Virus record (IMG/VR): IMGVR_UViG_3300031707_000001
Location: 1-64,000 of that record
DNA: 64,000 nt
Strand: one strand, 5' to 3'
Both the position numbers and the translations under genes were made by a program. The notes beneath the pieces were generated by a model. The model was given only the letters and a program-made list of their open reading frames with translations, was not told the origin of the DNA and did not search any database. Position 1 is the stretch's first letter. Every line of letters begins with the position of its first letter. Positions 56,581 through 63,874 of this stretch are shown piece by piece.

Positions 56581-57033
56581 ATGAAAGTCTATAAGCTTGA
56601 AGTAATGGTGATCGATCACGACGAATTAGGCCCGGATGGAATTCGTGAAGAGCTTGAAAATGCAGACTTCGCAAATCATTGTATTCATCCTGCAGTGAAG
56701 AAAGTTGAATGTCGAGATATAGGTGAGTGGAGCGACGATCATCCGCTCAATATAGGCAGTGCCTGCGAAGAAGAATATAGGCGTTTGTTCGAAGAGCCTT
56801 CACCGGAGGACTTTGTGCCACCTACGTGTGGACGGTGCTATGCCGAAAACGTTGAACTGTTTCCCGCTACGTGCAACGAGAAGCCGGAGGAGCGTCGGGG
56901 TGAGCCTATTGGCATGTATCACTGCCCGGATTGTGGTGCCATGCTGATAGCAGGACTTCCCCATCCCACGGTGTGTGCGCTTTGTCGGGACCACAAGCAT
57001 CCCGGGTTTGATGAACTAAATATGGGGCGATAA
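56581..57033 (+). CDS. Hypothetical protein
   Basis: Two-part ORF with C-terminal Zn ribbons. Confidence 0.65.
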   Translation: MKVYKLEVMVIDHDELGPDGIREELENADFANHCIHPAVKKVECRDIGEWSDDHPLNIGSACEEEYRRLFEEPSPEDFVPPTCGRCYAENVELFPATCNEKPEERRGEPIGMYHCPDCGAMLIAGLPHPTVCALCRDHKHPGFDELNMGR

Positions 57034-57107
57034 GGCGCAATATATTGTGCATTAACCCGATTTTGGATCGATAAAGCGTACAATAATGCGCCTACAAAGG
57101 AGTCAAA

Positions 57108-57419
57108 GTGATAATCAACGAACTGATTCGGATGTGTAACAAATATTACGACGATGGATACCTGGCGTTGTATTGGAACTTCAAGAAGTCCAAGCCCGTG
57201 GATACAAATTCCGGGGATACGTTGGCGCTGTTCATCGTGCGTGAAATCAACGATACCTTTCAGCCCAGACTGTCGGATAAGAAGCAGTTGATAGAGGCTA
57301 AGCGATGTATGCGTAGTGCCTGTGTACAACTGGCGAATATGATAATAGGGATAGACAACGAATACGATCGTCTACCGAGGAGAAAGAAATGTCATTCGAA
57401 GCAGGTCCCTTTGGCATGA
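57108..57419 (+). CDS. Conserved phage hypothetical protein
   Basis: GDTLALFIVREI. Confidence 0.6.
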   Translation: MIINELIRMCNKYYDDGYLALYWNFKKSKPVDTNSGDTLALFIVREINDTFQPRLSDKKQLIEAKRCMRSACVQLANMIIGIDNEYDRLPRRKKCHSKQVPLA

Positions 57420-57664
57420 TCGCTGAAATGTGTCAGAGAAAATTGGACAAGACACCTTTACAGGAACCAGAGAAGAGTCCTTTCTTTTCCTGGTGGTGTG
57501 AAGTGCTTAGTGTTTACGACGAAGATGCCATGGACAGATTCTCACTAAGAGATATTGCGGACATGGCATTTGCAGCTGGTCAGAACTATCAGAAGGCGCT
57601 ACAATACGAACCCAAAGTCAATAAAAAGGAGGCCCAAGATGCCACAGTTTGCGGTACTCACTGA
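57389..57664 (+). CDS. Hypothetical protein
   Basis: GAGGAG RBS. Confidence 0.5.
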   Translation: MSFEAGPFGMIAEMCQRKLDKTPLQEPEKSPFFSWWCEVLSVYDEDAMDRFSLRDIADMAFAAGQNYQKALQYEPKVNKKEAQDATVCGTH

Positions 57665-57818
57665 AGATGGTGTTGACGATAAGCGGTATGATTCAATCGA
57701 CGAAGCAACAGATGCAGCCAAAGCAGCCGTCGAGGATCCGGATACGGAAGTGGAGATTGTCCAGATATTGAGGAAGGTTTCTTCGACTCTGGAAATCACA
57801 GTAGAAGACGTGGCGTAG
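57639..57818 (+). CDS. Small acidic hypothetical protein
   Basis: AAGGAGG before ATG; MPQFAVLTE. Confidence 0.55.
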   Translation: MPQFAVLTEDGVDDKRYDSIDEATDAAKAAVEDPDTEVEIVQILRKVSSTLEITVEDVA

Positions 57819-57833
57819 ACAAGATTTGCATGC

Positions 57834-57862
57834 TTGACAAGTCTCAGTAACTCCACTAATAT
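57834..57862 (+). promoter_or_regulatory. Sigma70 promoter of HNH gene (leaderless)
   Basis: TTGACA-N17-TAATAT, ATG 6 nt downstream. Confidence 0.75.
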
Positions 57863-57868
57863 GGTGGC

Positions 57869-58426
57869 ATGAAGATAAAGAGTATTGTTGCCAACGATGG
57901 ACAAAAGCGAAAGCATGCACTAATACGTTGCCACTATTGCCATAAATATTTTTGGAAATCAATACACTTAATGAAACAGAGTATAAATCATTTCTGCTCT
58001 GTTGTGTGTAGTCGTTTAGGACACCGTAAGCGAAAGAAATTCAAATGTGCCTTTTGTGGCGAACAAGGTGAGAAGCCACTTCAAAAATTTTCTAAAAGTA
58101 AATCGAAGCTACATTTTTGTTCTCGGCGATGCAAGGATTTAGGCCAAAGTATAACTTATGGCTTAGAAAAAATGTGGCCTAAGCACTACAATAGAAATGG
58201 CGGGAGTGTAGATTTTTATCGTAGGCTTGCATGGCACAGTTATAAGCACTACTGCGCAGGTTGTGGCTATGATAAAATACCTGAAATTCTAGAGGTGCAC
58301 CATATCGATCGAAATAGAAAAAATAATAAAGTAGAGAATCTAATACTCCTTTGTTCCACCTGTCATACGATAATTACACTCGGTTACGGTAAACTGGTAA
58401 ATCGTAAACTTGTTATGGGGCAGTAG
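57869..58426 (+). CDS. HNH endonuclease with Zn fingers
   Basis: FCSxxC twice; CAGCG..LEVHHIDRNRKNN..NLILLCSTCH. Confidence 0.9.
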   Translation: MKIKSIVANDGQKRKHALIRCHYCHKYFWKSIHLMKQSINHFCSVVCSRLGHRKRKKFKCAFCGEQGEKPLQKFSKSKSKLHFCSRRCKDLGQSITYGLEKMWPKHYNRNGGSVDFYRRLAWHSYKHYCAGCGYDKIPEILEVHHIDRNRKNNKVENLILLCSTCHTIITLGYGKLVNRKLVMGQ

Positions 58427-58492
58427 CCAAATGGCCACGGCGACAGACCTGCAATCTGTTTTTTCGGAGTTCGATTCTCCGCTGCTCCACCA
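58417..58492 (+). tRNA. tRNA-Ala(UGC), C33
   Basis: G3.U70, A73, loop CC-TGC-AA, CCA. Confidence 0.9.
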
Positions 58493-58527
58493 ACTTTCAA
58501 ACAAAAGCCAAAACAAGGAGATGCGGT

Positions 58528-59274
58528 ATGGGTAAGTTATGCGAAGTGTTAGCGGTAGAAGGTGAATTGGACTCGACCTGCAAGGCAGTCCTGGAAGAAG
58601 CGACGAAGACGTTCAAAGATAAGGCTGCTCACTTTGTGGGTCAGACTAAAACCTACGAACCCTTCGAAGAAGGTACGCCAGGGTTGCCCGAAGAACACCT
58701 GGCCATGGTCACAACGGTAAACGAGAAGCTGGCCTACGTGTTTGAACACCTGGTCAAGCTGATTGATGCCAAGGCCCAGAAGGACGCTACAAATCAGGTA
58801 GCCAAGGCCGACATCGTGACGGATAGCGGAACGTTGGCTACGGGTGTGCCGGCCACGACATTGTTGGGGTTGGAAGCAACCCTGCGTCAGGTGAAGGCAT
58901 TGGCGCTGGAAGTGCCCACGTTGCCTCCAGGCATCGAATGGAAGAAGGATCCTGCCTTGGGCAAGGACATCTATCATCGGGTACATCCCGCCGTGACGTT
59001 CAAGACCCGTAAGACCTTCCGACACAAAGTGCTGGTGGAGCCCACCAAGGAACACCCTGCTCAGATCGAAAAGTGGAGCGAGGACGAGAACATCGGCAAG
59101 TTTATCACAGATGCATGGTCAGGCATGTTGACGCCGGCCGAGAAGAGTGATATGATTGGCCGCATTGATACGTTGGCTCGGGCTGTGAAAGAGGCCCGGC
59201 AGCGTGCCAATACAACCGAAGTTGTGAAGATCAAGCTGGCGAAGAGTCTGATGGACTACATTCTGCCGGCATAA
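58528..59274 (+). CDS. Conserved hypothetical protein (family I recognise from bacteria and phage; function unknown)
   Basis: KLCEVLAVE..TYEP..KDATNQVAKADI..LLGLE..HPAQIE..WSG..AVKEARQRAN. Confidence 0.8.
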   Translation: MGKLCEVLAVEGELDSTCKAVLEEATKTFKDKAAHFVGQTKTYEPFEEGTPGLPEEHLAMVTTVNEKLAYVFEHLVKLIDAKAQKDATNQVAKADIVTDSGTLATGVPATTLLGLEATLRQVKALALEVPTLPPGIEWKKDPALGKDIYHRVHPAVTFKTRKTFRHKVLVEPTKEHPAQIEKWSEDENIGKFITDAWSGMLTPAEKSDMIGRIDTLARAVKEARQRANTTEVVKIKLAKSLMDYILPA

Positions 59275-59382
59275 TGCTTTTGGGTAGACTTATCCTTATC
59301 GTTATGTTCTGATCGTGCTCCCGACTAAGTCTCGGAAAGAGCGATCAGATATCATCGTTATCGTTATAGTTTTGCCCAAGCA
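59275..59382 (+). ncRNA. Structured RNA with hexamer repeats in a symmetric internal loop
   Basis: TTGGGTAGAC/GTTTTGCCCAA; TCTGATCG/CGATCAGA; TTATCS/ATCGTT units on both loop strands. Confidence 0.65.
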
Positions 59383-59415
59383 ACCTCAGGCGGATGCGTC
59401 ATCCGACAAGGCGGG

Positions 59416-59548
59416 TGCAGGTTCTAATTTAATGTGCGTCGTGGGTTCAATTCCCACTCCGGTCTCCTTCGTACACAAGCCGGGTATTGTGTTCGAAGAG
59501 ACCGGGTAGCTCAGTGGTAGAGCACACAGATTCAACATGAAGCCTGCA
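59416..59548 (+). ncRNA. Circularly permuted tRNA-like RNA (T arm, closed acceptor, then D arm)
   Basis: GTGGG-TTCAATT-CCCAC, TCCGGTC/GACCGGG, TA-GCTC-AGTGGTA-GAGC, TGTG/CACA, TGCAGG/CCTGCA. Confidence 0.78.
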
Positions 59549-59630
59549 ATTCCAGCTCAAGGAGACGAGGAGCCAAATGGATTGTATCCTATGAAGCCTT
59601 CGGGCTGATTAGAAAACATGAAATATCATT

Positions 59631-59668
59631 GGGGGCCCAGATTGGGAATTGATCTGGGCCCCTATTTT
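59631..59668 (+). terminator. Rho-independent terminator
   Basis: GGGGCCCAGAT/ATCTGGGCCCC followed by TATTTT. Confidence 0.75.
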
Positions 59669-59673
59669 ACACT

Positions 59674-59759
59674 GCCGGAGTGCCTCAGTGGCGACAGGAC
59701 GGGTTTTGTAAACCCGCACATAAGAAACATCGGGAGTTCGAGTCTCTCCTCCGGCTCCA
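59674..59759 (+). tRNA. tRNA-Thr(UGU) with 15-nt variable region
   Basis: Loop TT-TGT-AA, V region CACATAAGAAACATC, CCA. Confidence 0.85.
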
Positions 59760-59781
59760 TTAATGGTAGAGCATTTACCGT

Positions 59782-59810
59782 TTGACAATAGGTCTACCTT
59801 ATGCAATAGT
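59782..59810 (+). promoter_or_regulatory. Sigma70-like promoter of HNH gene (leaderless)
   Basis: TTGACA-N17-AATAGT, ATG 6 nt downstream. Confidence 0.6.
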
Positions 59811-59816
59811 ATTGAC

Positions 59817-60239
59817 ATGAGTAGATCATCACGTTTTAGAATCTGTTCTGTATGCCACAAATCTTATCATGCGTGGGCTAAGGTAGCACTATACTGTTCA
59901 AATGCATGTCAATGGGAACAAGATTACCAAAAACGAATTTTGATTGTTCGAAAGACGCATAATTGGTTTGATGGTTGGCAGAGCTGCACGTCTATTCGAA
60001 ATGCTTTACATAGAGAACGAGGTATACGTTGTGAGATTTGCGGTGGTACAAAGTGGCAGGGAAAACCAATGCCAGTAGTGATGGACCATATTGATGGAAA
60101 TTCGGACAATTGGGTAGATTCTAACTTGCGGCTCGTATGCGGGAACTGTGATATGCAATTGCCTACGTATAAAAATAAGAACAAGGGCAAGGGTCGACAT
60201 AGTCGACGTTTACGCTATCAGCAAGGAAAGTCTTACTAG
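59817..60239 (+). CDS. HNH endonuclease
   Basis: YCSNAC; CEICG..MDHIDGNSDN..NLRLVCGNC. Confidence 0.9.
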   Translation: MSRSSRFRICSVCHKSYHAWAKVALYCSNACQWEQDYQKRILIVRKTHNWFDGWQSCTSIRNALHRERGIRCEICGGTKWQGKPMPVVMDHIDGNSDNWVDSNLRLVCGNCDMQLPTYKNKNKGKGRHSRRLRYQQGKSY

Positions 60240-60480
60240 CTTACCGTTGTAGTTTACAGTGATACGAATTCATAATCCACGAGCACAAATACCATTCCAC
60301 GATAAGTTGGATCACTGGTTGGGTAGATAAAAGTTTGTGTATGAATTCGTTAGAGTTTAATTACCTTAATTGGCTCCAGTTTACAACATAGCCTGTGGTG
60401 AAAGATCCGTTACGAGGTGGACGGGCATGAAAACTTAGGAGTAACCACAGGTTATAAAATCAACAAGGAAGGTCCTACTT

Positions 60481-60672
60481 ATGAGTGAACCTAAAACGAT
60501 ACATATGGAAGATGTACATTCCATCAGCTTGGAAGCAATGAGTATTGTGGAAACCAGGCTGCGTGAATTCGGCATCACATTGACACCTGAGCAAGACGAC
60601 GAAATTTACATACCACTGGATAACACCATAGAAAAATTCGCCGGATATCCGGACTTTGCCCACGAACACTAA
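60481..60672 (+). CDS. Hypothetical protein
   Basis: 63 aa, AAGGAAGG upstream. Confidence 0.55.
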   Translation: MSEPKTIHMEDVHSISLEAMSIVETRLREFGITLTPEQDDEIYIPLDNTIEKFAGYPDFAHEH

Positions 60673-60694
60673 ACCTCAAAACGAAGGAACGAAA

Positions 60695-61333
60695 ATGGCC
60701 GAGAATACAGACGTGACGAAGAACATCGAACTGAAGGCAAATCTGACATTGACGAAGGACGAGATCATCGAACGGATCGTCGATGCGGAGTTGGAACCGT
60801 TGCAGGCAGCAGCAGACAAACTACGTTTGGCGATCGATATTACTCATGCAAAGGTGTGTAAGGCAGAACACATCTTTTGTGAAAATCATGACAAGATGGT
60901 AAGACCTGATCCTCGGAGCTTTTTGAGTGACGAGCAGCAAAAGGCATACGATGCTTTTGTTAAGGCATTCGGCGGACTAGGTAAAGTCACATACGCACTC
61001 GGACTGCCTACATATGAGGTTTGTAATGGAAAACTGCACATAGTGGTGTCAATGCATAATTACAAAACTAGTTGTGTGGATATATTGGTAGATTTATGGT
61101 GCGGTCTACCGGCTGACCTAAAAGAATCTTATGACAACATGCAGAAGGCCAGAGAGGATGCCCAGGTAGCAAATCTTGAATACCAGTGTGCAGCTTCCAA
61201 ATGTGACAGGGAAGGCAAAGCCCGACTTCACAAGGCGATTAAGAATCGCATGATCGACAATCTCTTCAAAGAGATCAATGGTTCGCTGAAGAAGCTTCTG
61301 GCCCTGCCGGAAGATACAGAGAAGCCGGCGTAG
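60695..61333 (+). CDS. Hypothetical coiled-coil protein
   Basis: AAGGA RBS; stop lies inside tRNA-Thr. Confidence 0.7.
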   Translation: MAENTDVTKNIELKANLTLTKDEIIERIVDAELEPLQAAADKLRLAIDITHAKVCKAEHIFCENHDKMVRPDPRSFLSDEQQKAYDAFVKAFGGLGKVTYALGLPTYEVCNGKLHIVVSMHNYKTSCVDILVDLWCGLPADLKESYDNMQKAREDAQVANLEYQCAASKCDREGKARLHKAIKNRMIDNLFKEINGSLKKLLALPEDTEKPA

Positions 61334-61399
61334 CTCAATCGGAAGAGCAGCTGATCCGTAATCAGCCGGTTGTCGGTTCGACCCCGGCCGCCGGCTCCA
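61324..61399 (+). tRNA. tRNA-Thr(CGU), C33
   Basis: Loop TC-CGT-AA, CCA. Confidence 0.88.
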
Positions 61400-61412
61400 A
61401 ACAAGGTGAAGT

Positions 61413-61634
61413 ATGGACAATTGTTTAGACTGTTCCGTACCTGCAGAGTTTGAACCGTTTACTACTGGAGCCCAATGCCCAATGTGTGGCAGTCAAAATC
61501 TTCAAAAAACATATTGCCAAGGACGACTTGGCTCGGCTGCATCAGAGGAGCCTGTAGAATGGCTCAGGATTCATTGCGATGAGTGTGGATACGTATACAA
61601 CATGCAAACAAGGAAACATAAGGAGACAGCATGA
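61413..61634 (+). CDS. Hypothetical Zn-ribbon protein
   Basis: CPMC and CDEC. Confidence 0.55.
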   Translation: MDNCLDCSVPAEFEPFTTGAQCPMCGSQNLQKTYCQGRLGSAASEEPVEWLRIHCDECGYVYNMQTRKHKETA

Positions 61635-61915
61635 TTAGTGATGGTTCAGCTGCGGGGTGTAAGGTTGCACAACCAAAAGATATTCAACGAGCATTTGAGC
61701 TGCTGAATAGTAACTTGTCTGTCTTGGACAAGGCAATATCTGAATTAGTTGACCGTATAACATCGATTCGATCTCCGGGGGCACAATCCCTAGATCCCGA
61801 GACAAAATCGCCGGCATTTGCGGCGCCAATGGCAAATGTGGTTGCTGCACTAACAATCAGAGTATTGAAAATGATAGCTTTTGTTCAACATACAAACAAC
61901 CAAATTGAACTGTAA
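61631..61915 (+). CDS. Hypothetical protein
   Basis: AAGGAG RBS. Confidence 0.6.
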   Translation: MISDGSAAGCKVAQPKDIQRAFELLNSNLSVLDKAISELVDRITSIRSPGAQSLDPETKSPAFAAPMANVVAALTIRVLKMIAFVQHTNNQIEL

Positions 61916-62308
61916 CACCCCGATCTGCCTGAAGATCAGCGTCCGGAAAAGGTAGCCTTTGTCATCCTAACAGATGGCGAAGAGAATTCCAGCAAGGAGT
62001 TTCAACAGGCAAAGGTGCTGGAAATGATCAAGCACCAGCAGGAAGTCTATAGCTGGCAGTTCATGTTCCTCGGTGCGAATATTGACGCCATCAAGGTTGC
62101 CGCAAGCATCGGCATCAACGTAAAGTCAGCCATGACGTTTGCAGCCAATCATGTCGGCACGTCATCAGCTTATGCTGGCGTATCCCGCTGCCTGACCTCC
62201 TACCGTTCGGGTGATATGCAGAATCTGGAGTTTGACAAGCAAAGCTACGATGATCAAGCGAATGCTGGCGCCAATGCTAAACTCAAAGGCAAGAAAACAA
62301 CAGCATGA
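61916..62308 (+). pseudogene. C-terminal half of a vWA-domain gene
   Basis: RPEKVAFVILTDGEENSSKEF..WQFMFLGANIDA in frame directly after TAA 61913; the N-terminal DxSxS half is missing. Confidence 0.75.
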
Positions 62309-62514
62309 GTGATATCCAAATACGAGGATCGAGTTGGCAGGAAGTGCCGGACAAAGATGTCCGGCACGTCTGGCAGTGTCGCAATGACGATTGCGACGAA
62401 CAACCCAGCGTAAACGTTATGCCTGACTATTACCAGGAAAGCGGTACGCCAATGTGCACAGAGTGTAACAAGCATATGCAATACGTTCGAACAGAAGTAC
62501 GGAGGAAAGTATGA
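62305..62514 (+). CDS. Hypothetical Zn-ribbon protein
   Basis: YQESGTPMCTEC. Confidence 0.6.
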   Translation: MSDIQIRGSSWQEVPDKDVRHVWQCRNDDCDEQPSVNVMPDYYQESGTPMCTECNKHMQYVRTEVRRKV

Positions 62515-62819
62515 CCAGTTGGGAACGACTCGTATCACAGACAACGTCAGGTCGGTGGTTGCTCACAATTACAGCGGGCATATGCTTGCTGGCGATGACA
62601 GCAGCTGATTGCTGGTATGTATGGGTAGGCAAGTTTGCTGCAAACAGTCCCCTGCCCTTCAGCGTTGAAGCCCTGTTGACCATTATCACGGCCGTCTTCA
62701 TGGCCTACTTCGGCAAGGAAGGCCAAGCTGGATCTACCAGCAGTAATGGGAATAGCAACGGCAATGGGAATGGCAATGGGAACGGGGATCCCAAACTTCT
62801 GACCCAGCACCAGCCATGA
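62511..62819 (+). CDS. Two-TM small membrane protein (holin-like) with GN-repeat tail
   Basis: Two hydrophobic helices; SNGNSNGNGNGNGNG. Confidence 0.6.
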   Translation: MTSWERLVSQTTSGRWLLTITAGICLLAMTAADCWYVWVGKFAANSPLPFSVEALLTIITAVFMAYFGKEGQAGSTSSNGNSNGNGNGNGNGDPKLLTQHQP

Positions 62820-63040
62820 AAGCCTATCTGGCGATCGGTAACAACGAGCTTGAGCATATGCCTAAGCTAAAGAAGACCGAGGAATGTCCATCCTGTGGTA
62901 AGAGCCACAGGGTGGATTTCGGTAAAGACAAGGATGGCGACCCGACCGACCTAGGTTTTGTAAAGTGTCCCAAAAGCAAGAAAGCATACTTGGTCGCTAT
63001 TGCCGGGAAACGTATTCCGAACAAGAAGGGCAAGCTGTGA
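62816..63040 (+). CDS. Hypothetical Zn-ribbon protein
   Basis: CPSCG; ATGA coupling. Confidence 0.6.
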   Translation: MKAYLAIGNNELEHMPKLKKTEECPSCGKSHRVDFGKDKDGDPTDLGFVKCPKSKKAYLVAIAGKRIPNKKGKL

Positions 63041-63345
63041 GCGAAAAGCCCTTTTGCATCCACTTTAACGATCGTCGAAAGGTCCTTGAACGTTTGCCTA
63101 AAGACGCCATAGTCTTGGACAATCGCAGGGATTCCTGGATGATCGTACGCTTGCCCGGGATGACATGGGATCAAGCCCGGGACTATTTCAAAGATGATGC
63201 CTTGATTGGTATCTGCGAACAGAAGGAGTATTTGGCAAATGAAAAAGCAGAAGTCGAAGTCGAACCCCACAAAGTCGACGCCGTGTTGGATGCCCATGGG
63301 GGCGGAGATAAAGGACCATGCGGAAAACGTGGCTGTGTCGTATGA
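63037..63345 (+). CDS. Hypothetical protein
   Basis: GTGA coupling. Confidence 0.5.
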   Translation: MSEKPFCIHFNDRRKVLERLPKDAIVLDNRRDSWMIVRLPGMTWDQARDYFKDDALIGICEQKEYLANEKAEVEVEPHKVDAVLDAHGGGDKGPCGKRGCVV

Positions 63346-63642
63346 TGTTTTCCGTGGCTTCTATTCCCGGTTTCGCAGGAAAGCTGGACTTCCTCCAGCA
63401 CGCAAGGATGCCTATGAAATGACTACCGCCCTGGCCGATAAGCTGGGACGGCTTTGTCGAATCGTCAAGCATCTGGAGCGCAAAGATCCACTCAAGAATT
63501 CCACAGCGATGATGGAAGAATGCGTGGCTGGAATGGTTGTCTATCTGGAGATGTTGGCCCAGCGGTACAAGCTCGACTTGATGTCAGGGTTTGCCCGTGA
63601 GCTGATGAAGGCCGTAGTCCAGCACGGAAATAAATAAACATT

Positions 63643-63760
63643 GGCAGGGTAGCTCAGTTGGTAGAGCACGTAATCGTACAGTTTGTATGAACTGGCTACA
63701 GCAACCAAAATTACCCTTATAAGGTCGTGGTCGTGGGTTCGAATCCCACCCCTGCCACCA
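63643..63760 (+). tRNA. tRNA-Ile(UAU) with a 42-nt insert in the anticodon stem (63671-63712)
   Basis: Removing the insert gives CG|ACC-CTTATAA-GGTCG and a canonical cloverleaf with CCA. Confidence 0.8.
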
Positions 63761-63762
63761 AT

Positions 63763-63874
63763 CGGATCGGAGTGTAACGGTAGCACAGCGGTAAATATGT
63801 ACAGATTGTATAATCTGTCTACAGCCATCAAAATGGAACCGCAGGACCAGGTTCAATTCCTGGCGATCCGACCA
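63763..63874 (+). ncRNA. tRNA-like RNA (Pro-like C1-G72/A73) with a 45-nt module replacing the anticodon loop
   Basis: CGGATCG/CGATCCG-A-CCA, D arm, GCGGT/ACCGC, T arm CCAGG-TTCAATT-CCTGG. Confidence 0.78.

Noticed and set aside
62744-62786. GGNAAY tandem repeat
   Set aside because: Low-complexity Gly-Asn tail of a membrane protein, not a separate element.
301-63831. Numerous minus-strand and nested ORFs in the six-frame track (e.g. 622-1377, 43802-44842, 54650-55762)
   Set aside because: They are shadows of tightly coupled, SD-led + strand genes or span tRNAs and show no recognisable motifs; only 35227-35907 is supported on the minus strand.
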